Assembly (NCBI GenBank): GCA_002269645.1
Contig: NIVC01000126.1
Location: 310,001-374,000, forward strand
Source: Macrostomum lignano
Taxonomy: Eukaryota
DNA length: 64,000 bases
Reading direction: 5' to 3'
Shown: positions 10,791 through 22,274 of the stretch, in pieces
Numbering within the stretch: position 1 is the first letter of the stretch
Layout: each line of letters opens with the position of its first letter
Made by a program: the position numbers and the translations under genes
The notes under the pieces: model-generated
Database searches by the model: none
What the model saw: only the letters and a program-made list of their open reading frames with translations
What the model was told of the DNA's origin: nothing

Positions 10791-13700
10791 CCCAGTGAAA
10801 AATGATACATGGATTCCACGTGGGTTCCACGTGGCCATGTGGAATTTAAATGTTTCTTTATTTTTTGCAAATTATTAACTTAAAGATGACATAATGGTAT
10901 GCAAAGTATTTTTTATGCATTATTTTTTTATTTTTACTGTCCTAATGTTGATGTGGATTTTACAAGGAATTCATGAGAAATAAGCGTATATTGATTCAAC
11001 ATGGAATCCACTTCGGTAAAAAACTGTGATACACTACATTCAGACATTTTTAGGAAATTACTATAATTAATTATTATATTTATATGTTTTTAAGTAAAAA
11101 TTAATATCTTAAAGCTAAATTTTAATCAGCAAATAAGACACTGTTTGTTAAAATAGACAAAATAGAAGTGAACAATAAAAAACGCTTCGTGCTTTTTAAA
11201 ATTAAATTTATTTTATTTTATATTCGTCAATGTTTTGATTCAAGGCCTTGAAAGATAAATTGCCTTGTTTATGGCTATTTAGACACCTTAAAAATTTTAG
11301 TAGACCTAGCCTAGAGGCAATAACTTATCAGGCCATAGCCTCCATGAGATTAGAAATTAGATAAATCAGTATTTTATCATAGATAGGCCTAATACTTTTG
11401 GTAAAATCCATGATAAATTTATTTAGGCCTAGGCCTCCAATTTCTAGGAATCCCATGGCCATGTCCATAGATTGGCTACTCATTTTTTTAACTTAAATAG
11501 GCCTTTAGAAGTTCATAATTTCCTCTTAGTCCTACCTATTAGTCCTATCTATTTATATGTATGCTTAATAGGTGTATTTTAAGCTAGGCCTGCTATAACT
11601 ATCAATTTAGGTCCTTCTATTTTAATTAAGGTTAGGACTAGCTTGACTTTGTGAATTGTGACTAGTCAATCTAGTTAATATGTTAAAAATCAATTAATTT
11701 ATGATTTTCTTCAAAAAAGTCTGTTAGCATCTTTTGGACTTGTTGCATTTTTAAAAACAATATTAATTATAATAAATAATTCTTTGCAATTACACTTGCA
11801 ACTTGCTTTTGGCATAGCTAGCCTAGCAGATCCCTAAGGTTGCTAATAAAAATAAAGAATGATTATTGTAAATTTGATCTGATTTAGGTAGGCCAAGTCC
11901 AGAATTTAATTTTAAGCCATAGGGCATAGCTATTTAGGCTTAGGTTAGGCCTAGGCCTAATGTTTAATTATACTATTTTTTTTATTAGAGGCAGGGGGTT
12001 GTGTGCACCCTGGCGCACTTTAAGCGACATAGGCACACAACTGGCAAGAGGCATTGCTGCCCATTCCGCCAACTCCCCTGAGCAGGCACACAAGTATTCG
12101 GATATGTATGCAAGCACACTCACACAGGAATATACAGCGGCCCTAGCTTTATTTATCGTTAGGCATGTATACTTCACTGTGCCTTGGGGGGTTGGCTCTC
12201 AAGGCCATTAATTGCATGAGCAGAGAGCCAAGCTGAGATTCCAATTCAGCCCCAAATTAATATGACTGCACTTGGATTCGAGCTTGGGTCGCTGGCACAC
12301 TAGAGCAGCTGCGCTACCACTTGGCTACGGCCCCCCTTTTAATCATACTAGGCCAGCAAATATGAAAAACATGCATTGCTTTGCCTAAATACTTTATAGT
12401 CTAAAATCAATTTTAAAATAAAAAATTAAATTTATAGAAACATATATTAATTATTTTTATACTTATTATTTTAATTTTATTAATTTTATTTTATTGATTG
12501 ACTTAGGTAGGGTTTTCTTTTTTGCTAGAGACAAGGTGCAAAATCATACCCTATGCTCACTTTTAGGGTTTTATGATTTTAAGGCTTAGAATGCAGTTTC
12601 TTTTTTTTCTTATATAAAGGCAATGCAAATAAGGCTTCAACATAAAAATAGGTAATGAGATCGCACCTAAACTGTATCAACTTTTTATTTTCAGTTTTCA
12701 AGGTACAATTTTAAGATTTAGGGTGCACTTGACTTACTTGACTTAGCTGCAGGGGGCTCTGTGCATCCGGAAACAGCGAGGAGGCATTGCTGCCCATTTC
12801 GCTAACCCCTGGCAAAGGCATACCTAGGCCTATGCACACTTTGCGCTTAAAAAATAAACCTAAGACTTAGGCCTAGTTAATTTTAAAATAAACTTTATTA
12901 AGTATTCATCCTTAAATTAGTTTTATGAATTATATCAATATTATCTATCAATCTTAATTGGCAACAATTATTTTTCTATTTCATTTCAGCCTAACATTAC
13001 ATGGCCCATCCTCAAACTTGGATGTCACCTTGGTCTTGCCTTTGAAGAAGCATGCAAAGCTACTTGGAATTGGAATTTAATATCTCGAATGCTACCTTTT
13101 GTGAAGCAATGGTAAGTTTTAGTTATAAACTGATTTTTTCTGTCATCAAAATCTGTTATAAGATCAAAATCTATCAAAATCTATTACAAAATCTATTATC
13201 AATTTGTTATAAAATTCTGTAATTTAACCCCTTTCTTTTCTAAGGTTGCTCACCTGACCTGAAGAAGCAGCATTCTGGCAATTGGCAGCAGCATGTTTCT
13301 GACTGTTCTAATTCTGGTGCATTATATTATTGTTAATTAATTAATGCTATTGACAATGTCAATTTCAAATTATATATTATATCATATGCGCAGCGCAACT
13401 CTAAAGATATCAATATCTACATCAGTGTGTTTATTCTTTGTGTGCTAGTGACTCACTACTGTACATAAATACACCTTACTTATTGATACATCCTTTTTGA
13501 ATATATTTTTGTGCAGAAATATTTTTGGCTATAGCTAATGTTTTATCTGTGTTTCAGTTTCTTTTATATGGTATTGAGATCTGGGGTTTGTATGAAATTT
13601 TGAGATCTGGTATTATTTTGAGATTTAGGATGCAACAATTTATTATGGCAACCAGTATAATGGCTGCTTACTCAATGACAATGTGGATTCTATGTGAAAT

Positions 13701-13832
13701 ACATAATTACTTCCATGTGGATCTTCCATGTGGAATCCATATCTTGATTCCACATGGATGGACGGAGACAAATGCACATATGGATTTCATATGAAAAATC
13801 CACATGGAATCCATATCATTTTTTTCACTGGG
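10791..13832. mobile_element. CMC/EnSpm-like non-autonomous element
   Basis: TIR CCCAGTGAAAAATGATAC.. matching ..ATATCATTTTTTTCACTGGG. 2-bp TSD CA/CA. Subterminal TCCAC(A/G)TGGA motifs at both ends. Confidence 0.8.
11976..12335 (-). mobile_element. tRNA-derived SINE family A, copy 1
   Basis: Minus-strand head GGGGCCGTAGCCAAGTGG (A box) and GCTCGAATCC (B-box-like). A-rich tail. Homologous to 46669-47061 and 50220-50460. Confidence 0.75.
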
Positions 13833-15843
13833 CAGCTGTATCTCTAGTTAATACATAATAGTGCATTAATACCCATGCCCAAATTGGAGGCGAAACGGTC
13901 CATAGCAGAACTAGTTATGGGCGAAACGAACTATGGGCGAAATGGTCTGGGGGCGAAATGTCCATGGCCGAAACGGTTTGGGGGCGAAACAACCGGAATT
14001 CCATCGTATCATCGAAGCTATGTAGAATGGTATGGTCGGTGTACTCATATGTTCGAGTCGAGCTGCTTTACATTTCTACGATATCTTGCGCTGGCGGCAT
14101 GCTTAACAGTGGCTTGTTCATAAATAAATATTTCTAATTTTTTCCTTAACATCCTTGTTAGTTTACCGCATCCTTGTTAGTCGTTATGCTGTTTTTTTAC
14201 GCTTTTTTAATTTACTAGATAAGAATAGTTAAAGGGTTATTCAATTATTCAAGGGTATTTTCTATGGTGATTTTTATCACACTCCAAGCTGCCCAATATT
14301 GGTCAACATTTGGTTAGAAGTTTTATCCTCTGATATACATATATATTTTCTAAAACAGAAAATAAACAGTACACGTCGCAAAACAGCGTCATTACAACAG
14401 ACTGTATTTCAGATTTCAATAGTTGCAGGTGCCTCTTGTTTCTTGAACACAGAGTAATTATAAGATTTTTGAAAACTGAATATCAGAGGCACAACCCTCG
14501 TCTGTGTATTTAAACTTATTATATTTCTTAGGAAGGGAAAAGAACAGAATTGAAAGGTTGTGTTAAGTTCGGATGACCCGCGTCACATTGAATGAACTAA
14601 TGAGTGAGATGGCAAACTATTTGAATATCTGCCTTACTACGAGTATTATAGTACACACCAATGAAACTTATTGGTACAAATAAGTTTAAATGAGCTAAAT
14701 AGTACATTGAGGCTTACGGCAGTGAGAAACTAGGACAGACAGAGCAGATTAAAGCAACAATATACACTACATAAATTACAAAGCTTCAACCAGACTGGTC
14801 TCTATTATGTGATTAATTGTTATAAACTCAAGGCGCACAACGAATGCAGAATTGATCCAGACACATTTGAAAATCAAAATATTTATAACTTATATATGTG
14901 CGCATGCATGTGATGCAATGAACAGAAAAGACTACCTTCAATCGGTTATAAGGATCAACAGAATTTTATAGCCACAGCAAACAATGAATTAAAAATATAC
15001 ATTACTCGTAAACGGAAGGTTGCCAAATAGAAAAAAAAACACAAAACATTTCAAGGTAAACTACTGCTAATATATAATGGATGAAACTGACTGACAGAGA
15101 GATAGCCAGAAAGACAGACACAGTGAACAAAAAATTTAAACAGAAAATTTACCTCTACTCACATACTTTGTTTGATAAAGGTACTAATAGTAGTATGGTA
15201 CAGCTTAATGCTTACACTGAATTGTTTTTGTTTGGTTTTAAACTGGAAAAAAATTAGCTAAGAAATCATTTTAATTGATATAGAAGTAATACAACGTATA
15301 TGCAATATACAAGGTAACTTGGGTGAAATAAACGAAAGAGTAGTTCATTCGAAGAAGCTTCGCAGTTCGAAACAATCAAAATCCATTACTTATGAGTAGT
15401 ATAGCATCTGTTTGAACCGCTCCTTAAAAATAAGTGAAAAAAAGCACAAAATTCAAACGTTATAAGCAGCAATCAACATCAAAACAAGCAGTATTTTAAG
15501 CAGGATTAAAAGTATCAGAAGAAAAAGACAAAAATAATGAACAGAATTTTGAAAATTCAATTCGGACTGAAAACTGCTAATTGATGAAGTCCGGTATTCG
15601 TGCTTCAGAATATATAGAGCAGAACAGTAGTATAAAATTACAGAGACCATCAGAGACTAAACGAATTAGGCGATAGGCAAAGATGAATGATATACTTGTA
15701 GTAAGCATTGATGAATATTAGCATATTTGTTTTAATACTCTTACCAGAGAAGCTAATTCTGAAATATTTCAGTGCTTCCAGAATTTTACGGATACCCGTA
15801 AATTTAGAAAAGATAGGAATTTCTCTCCTATCCGCTTCCACTA

Positions 15844-16640
15844 CCCCTGAATCTGCCTGTCCAACCTCTGAATCTGCCTGTCCAACCTCTGAATCTGCCT
15901 GTCCAACCTCTGAATCTGCCTGTCCAACCCCTGAATCTGCCTGTCCAACCTCTGAATCTGCCTGTCCAACCTCTGAATCTGCCTGTCCAACCCCTGAATC
16001 TGCCTGTCCAACCCCTGAATCTGCCTGTCCAACCCCTGAATCTGCCTGTCCAACCCCTGAATCTGCCTGTCCAACCCCTGAATCTGCCTGTCAAACTTCT
16101 GAATCTGCCTGTCCAACCCCTGAATCTGCCTGTCCAACCCCTGAATCTGCCTGTCAAACGTCTGAATCTGCCTGTCAAACTTCTGAATCTGCCTGTCAAA
16201 CGTCTGAATCTGCCTGTCCAACCTCTGAATCTGCCTGTCCAACCTCTGAATCTGCCTGTCCAACCCCTGAATCTGCCTGTCAAACTTCTGAATCTGCCTG
16301 TCCAACCCCTGAATCTGCCTGTCAAACGTCTGAATCTGCCTGTCCAACCTCTGAATCTGCCTGTCCAACCCCTGAATCTGCCTGTCAAACTTCTGAATCT
16401 GCCTGTCAAACGTCTGAATCTGCCTGTCCAACCTCTGAATCTGCCTGTCCAACCCCTGAATCTGCCTGTCCAACCCCTGAATCTGCCTGTCCAACCCCTG
16501 AATCTGCCTGTCCAACCCCTGAATCTGCCTGTCCAACCCATGAATCTGCCTGTCCAACCCCTGAATCTGCCTGTCCAACCCCTGAATCTGCCTGTCCAAC
16601 CCATGAATCTGCCTGTCCAACCCCTGAATCTGCCTGTCCA
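15844..16640. repeat. 21-bp minisatellite (GAATCTGCCTGTCCAACCCCT), about 38 copies, downstream of FAF2
   Basis: Direct tandem periodicity. It produces the spurious PESACPT ORFs. Confidence 0.97.
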
Positions 16641-16866
16641 TATCCATACGAATGATAATCAAACAACAAATCTTAACAAAAAGCGGCGCACTTTCGACTA
16701 AACAAAAAGCCGCATTCAAGAAGCCGCCTTGCATCGCGATCCAGTGTGAGAAGTTCTTAGCTAAAAAAATCACACGTGCCAAAAATTGCACACACACAGC
16801 GAGAGCAGAAGAGAGAGAAATCCACACACACAGGTTAGTCTATCAGCAAATTATTATTATCAAACT

Positions 16867-19800
16867 TCATTCGTCGTCATCGTCCATAACAAACAGAACC
16901 TCAGCCTGGGTTAATCCGGCCTCTTTAAAAGTGCCTTCAACTGGCAGCACGCGTTTCGGGAAGCTGGTGCACACCGAGAAACGTTCGGGCGCCAATTCTT
17001 GCAGTTTAATAAAATAGTGCAGATGCTGGATTGGCTCGCCCAGCCGGAACCGGCGCTCCAACCTGTCTGAGGCGCCCGGCAACCGGACAGACAGCTTCAC
17101 TGTGGCGCCGCCGTCTTTGTCGGCTGACGGCTCGGCCGGCAGCAGGTCGCGCAGTCTGGCCAGCTCGCGCTGGCGCTCTTCTCTACGGCGCTCGTTGGCG
17201 TCCCGTTCGGCGCTGCGCTCAGCCTCTTCGGCTTGGCGCCGCTCCTCGCGCTCCCGGTCTTGGGCGAGCGCAGCCGCGTACGCCTGGGAAAGGGAAGCGG
17301 AGGGGGAGAAATGGGGTAATCTCACCTAAGAATGATCAAATCTTACCTGAGAATGATCCAATCTCACCTGAGAATGATCAAATCTTACCTGAGAATAATT
17401 AAATCTCACCTGAGAATGATCAAATCTTACCTGAGAATGATCAAATCTCACCTGAGAATGATCAAATCTCACCTGAGAATGATCAAATCTCACCTGAGAA
17501 TGATCAAATCTCACCTGAGAATGATCAAATCTCACCTGAGAATGATAGAATCTCACATCTGAGAATGATCGAATCTCACATCCAAGAATGATCGAATCTC
17601 ACATCTATCCAAGAATGATTGGATCTCACACCTGAGAATGATCTAGTCCCACCTGAGAATGATCGAATCTCACGCAAAATGATTAAATCACACGCGTGGA
17701 ATTGAGTAAATCCCAAGCATGAGAACGATCAAATCTCACCTGAGAATAATCTAATTTCACTTAAGCAGTGACAGAACCTCCCACATAAGAAATAGAAATT
17801 CTATCTCACGCATGAGAATGAATGATTGAATATAACAACATAAGAATAAAAAAATGAAGAGATTAGCAGGTTTCTAAGAAAGCCAACAACAAGCTAAAAT
17901 GAATCTCAAATTCTCAAGCCCGAACCTGATCCTGCTCTTCGATAAGCCGCCTATTCATCTCCAGACTCTGGCGGCGAGCCCTCTCCTCGGCCAGATAAGG
18001 CTCGAAATCTGTGACGGCCGCGTCTAATTCGGCTAGCAGCTGCTCCAGGCTGAGCAGGCCCTCGAATCGGGCTACGACAGTCATGCGACTTTGCTTGAGC
18101 ACTATGAGCGCCAGGAATGGGTAGCCGGTCTCGCGAAGGGCCTGGCGAGTGTAGGGATGAACATTTTGATAAGATTCTTAATGGCGATTAATGGGTGATT
18201 CTTATTGGCAATTAATGGGCAATTCTTAATGAAAATTATGGGCCGATTCTTAATGGCGATTATGGGGCGATTCTTAATGGCGATTATGGGGTGATTCTTG
18301 ATGGCGATTATGGGGCGATTCTTAATGGCGATTATGGGGCGATTCTTAATGACGGTTATGGAGCGAATCTGAATGGCGATTATGAGGCGATTATTAATGG
18401 CGATTACAGGAGGGGCGATTTTCAATGGCGATTACGCGAGGGGCGATCCATAATGGCGATTATGGAGGAGGCAATTCTCAATGGCGATTAAAGAGAGGCG
18501 ATTCTCAATGGCGATTACGCGAGGGCGATCCCTAATGGCGATTACGCGAGGGGCGATTTTCAATGGCGATTACGCGAGGGGCGATTCTTAATGGCGATTA
18601 CTGGAGGGGCGATTTTCAATGGCGATTACGTGAGGGGCGATCCCTAATGGCGATTAAGGAGAGGCGATTCTTAATGGCGATTACAGAAGGCGCGACTCAT
18701 TACACTTACCTGCGACACTCGAGCCCCCTCCGGACTGCTAATTGAGCACATCCAGAAATTGATGCCCGAGGCTTGCAAAAATGCGCTGAAAACTTCGCTA
18801 ACTAGCACTTGACGACAGAACTGGTCGGTGTCCTGGTGGCTCTCGGCGTGGAGATAAACTAGAAGGAAGCGCAACTCATTTCTGGCAGCGTCAAGTGCCT
18901 GCAATCATGGATTGTATAAGTTGCATTGATTATTAATGTTAGTCATTTTACGATCGTAAAAGTATTTGCTTCTTGATTCAAAGAAACAAACTTGGTTGCT
19001 TCTTGATTCTAAGAAACAAACTTGGTTGCTTCTTGATTCTAAGAAACAAACTTGGTTGCTTCTTGATTCTAAGAAACAAACTTGGTTGCTTCTTGATTCT
19101 AAGAAACAAACTTGGTTGCTTCTTGATTCTAAGAAACAAACTTGGTTGCTTCTTGATTCTAAGAAACAAACTTGGTTGCCTCTCGATTCTAAGAAACAAA
19201 CTTGGTTGCTTCTTGATTCAAAGAAACAAACTTGGTTGCTTCTTGATTCAAAGAAACAAACTTGGTTGCTTCTCAATTCAAAGAAACAAACTTGGTTGCT
19301 TCTCAATTCAAATAAACAAACTTGGTTGCTTCTCAATTCTAAGAAACAAACTTGGTTGCTTCTCAATTCTAAGAAACAAACTTGGTTGCTTCTCAATTCT
19401 AAGAAACAAACTTGGTTGCTTCTCAATTCTAAGAAACAAACTTGGTTGCTTCTCAATTCTAAGAAACAAACTTGGTTGCTTCTCAATTCAAAGAAACAAA
19501 CTTGGTTGCTTCTCAATTCAAAGAAACAAACTTGGTTGCTTCTTGATTCTAAGAAACAAACTTGGTTGCTTCTCAATTCTAAGAAACAAACTTGGTTGCT
19601 TCTCAATTCTAAGAAACAAACTTGGTTGCTTCTTGATTCTAAGAAACAAACTTGGTTGCTTCTCAATTCTAAGAAACAAACTTGGTTGCTTCTCAATTCT
19701 AAGAAACAAACTTGGTTGCTTCTCAATTCAAAGAAACAAACTTGGTTGCTTCTCAATTCTAAGAAACAAACTTGGTTGCCTCTCAATTCTAAGAAACAAA

Positions 19801-20781
19801 CTTGGTTGCTTCTCAATTCTAAGAAACAAACTTGGTTGCTTCCCAATTCTAAGAAACAAACTTGGTTGCTTCTCAATTCTAGGAATCAAACTTGGTTGCC
19901 TCTCAATTCTAAGAAACAAACTTGGTTGCTTATCGAATCCCAGTTCTAAAAATCAAACGCACCTGACTGTAAGAGCACACTCGAACGACGGGATGCTGCT
20001 CGCCGTACAGCTGCTCAAACTGCTCCAAGAACTGTCGGACATCGCCAACTGGATCCACCACTGGCCGGTGCGGGGCTGCAGCCACAGCGGCAGGGCGCAG
20101 AATGGACAATACAAAGCGCAACAAAGACCCAACAGAGTGGCTAAAGAATCGGAATGGAAGCATAACGATACTCTCAATCCAGCGGAACCAGCCCACCGGA
20201 GCCTGTTGCGGCCTGTGCTGCCCGCTGCCCGGTCCGGCTGCGGTCACTAGACGGGCCCGAGAGTCCGACGCTAGCAGTGGAGGCGGCGCCGGCGCTGGCG
20301 CCACCGATCGGCGCTGATAAACTATAGAAGAAGCGCCGGCGCTGGAGGAATTTGAGGAAGAAGAATTATGTTGCTGCTGCTGCTGCCGCTGCTGCAAGTT
20401 ACCAACGCTACCGCCGAATAAGCGATCAGTAGCTTGCATCAGATCCCAATCGACTTCTTCCAGTTGACGACGACATTGCGGCAGCTCTAAGCCGGATATC
20501 TGCTGATAATGCAGCAGAGTCTCAGTTTGCGACATGGATAATTGTTCCTCGTAGTCGTTTTCTTCTTTTTCTGCTTCGTCGGAATCTTCCGAACTTGTAG
20601 CTAATTCGTCATTGTTTTGCTGCTGCTGCTGCTGTTGCCTATTCTCTTCTGAGTCATTTAAATCATCCTGGTCGCTATTTGTTTGGGCATTATTGCAATT
20701 TTTCTTGGCTGCATCTTCTTTTAATTCCGAGCTTCTGGCGGCATTCGATGTTGCCGATAAATTCACTTCTTCGTCTGACAT
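16867..20781 (-). CDS. FAF2: FAS-associated factor 2 / UBXD8 ortholog (UBA-like, hairpin, UAS, coiled coil, UBX), 4 exons, 546 aa
   Basis: Exons 20781-19963, 18898-18710, 18141-17926 and 17283-16867, all GT-AG and phase 0. ALDAARNELRFLLVYLH, ALRETGYPFLALIVLKQSRMTVVARFEG and the UBX C-terminus (VCTSFPKRVL) match the FAF2 pattern. Confidence 0.93.
17321..17760. repeat. 21-bp minisatellite in FAF2 intron 3 (sense TTGATCATTCTCAGGTGAGAT)
   Basis: 11 consecutive units at 17321-17545, then degenerate copies. Confidence 0.95.
18165..18690. repeat. Degenerate ~21-bp minisatellite (AATGGCGATTA core) in FAF2 intron 2
   Basis: Recurrent aatggcgatta units fill most of the intron. Confidence 0.9.
18966..19930. 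repeat. 30-bp minisatellite (CTTGGTTGCTTCTTGATTCTAAGAAACAAA), about 32 copies, in FAF2 intron 1
   Basis: Exact 30-bp periodicity, visible as aligned lines. Confidence 0.97.
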
Positions 20782-20914
20782 TGATTGGCTCTGCGCAAGC
20801 TTAGGTAAGATTAATAGACGGCCGCAGTAGTTTCAGGTCAATAACGAAAATAATGCGACACTGTGAACTGTGGCAGAAATATGTAGAAAAATTCTGTGTA
20901 CCAAACAGATCGAA

Positions 20915-21560
20915 CAGCCTATTCAACAGATCCCACTGCCTAGCAACAGATCCTATTGCCTAGCAACAGATCCCATTGCCTAGCAACAGATCCCACTGCC
21001 TAGCAACAGATGCCACTGCCTAGCAACAGATACCCCTGCTTACCTAACAGATCTCACTGTCTTGCAACAGATCCTATACTGCCTAGCAACAGATTCCACA
21101 GCCTAGCAATATATCCCACTGCCTAGCAACAGATACTGTTGTCTAGCAACAGATCCTGCTGCCTAGCAACAGATCCCACTGCCTACCAACAGATCCTACT
21201 GCCTACCAACAGATCCTACTGCCTAGCAATAGATCCCACTACCTAGCAACAGACCCCACTACCTAGCAACATATCCCACTGTTTAGCAACAGATCCCACT
21301 GCCTAGCAACAGATCCCACTGCCTACCAACAGATCCTACTGCCTAGCAATAGATCCCACTACCTAGCAACAGACCCCACTACTTAGCAACATATCCCACT
21401 GTTTAGCAACAGATCCCACTGCCTAGCAACAGATCCTACGGCCTAGCAACAGATCCCACTGCCTAGCAACAGATCCCACTGTTTAGCAACAAATCCTACT
21501 GGCTAGCAACAGATTCTATTGCCTGGCAACAGGTATCACTGTCTAGCAACAGATACCCCT
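20915..21560. repeat. 20-bp minisatellite (GCCTAGCAACAGATCCCACT) between MTX2 and FAF2
   Basis: About 32 tandem units. Confidence 0.95.
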
Positions 21561-22274
21561 GATTACCCAACACTATACCAACAAAGTTGATCCACTGTAT
21601 ACATGCCATCTACTAAACTACACAGAGTACACCTTAAGACTTTAATTATTCAAAAAGGTTAAAAAATAACAGACACTAACAGCCTCGCTCAGTAAGAGCG
21701 AAAATAAACTATTATAGAAAATATTAAACCAAATTTCAATTTACTTATTCTTCTAATTTATCACTTATGCATTCTAACAACTAACGAGTCGTTTAACTAA
21801 GGAAATAATTATTAACGACAAACTATATTGGGCGCAAAGATGTTATTATTGTTATTCACACAAACTAAATACAGTTACAATGTCAAAAACCGAACTTCCA
21901 AAAACTTCTAAATATCCATCGTAGGAAGAAATTTTTTTTAGAAAACATTCTCATTGGTGGCCAAAATCGCACTTTATTTGATAGATGGATTATATATATT
22001 TATACTTCTAAATAATAATAATAGTAATAATAATATCAGATAGACTAACACATGAATGCGCTGTGTAATCATTTATGCCCAATTTAGTTAATGATTTTAA
22101 CAAAAATTTATAAATAATCATAAGCCAACAAACCCTGCAAGTAAACTTTTTAACATAAAAATGCAACTATTTACTACTTTAGAGTACTATATATGCTAGA
22201 AATCATAACGAATAACTTTAAAGAACAACTAACAAAAGACAGTAGGAAAAAGCCTAGAAATGATTAGCACTATA

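Larger units (their letters stand above)
10281..14002. mobile_element. Long-TIR non-autonomous DNA transposon, superfamily unresolved
   Basis: About 115-bp inverted repeats at 10281-10390 and 13877-14002, built of TTTCGCCC/TTTCGGCC motifs (e.g. gtttcggccatggacatttcgccc on both arms). No TSD found. Confidence 0.6.

Noticed and set aside
15708-16655. 315-aa mucin-like ORF of PESACPT repeats
   Set aside because: A 21-bp unit without stops gives long ORFs on both strands automatically. The N-terminal part is AT-rich and non-coding-like. The same applies to the repeat ORFs at 18905-20250, 28188-28981, 36969-37994, 56586-57126, 59814-60160, 61449-62178 and 62661-63973.
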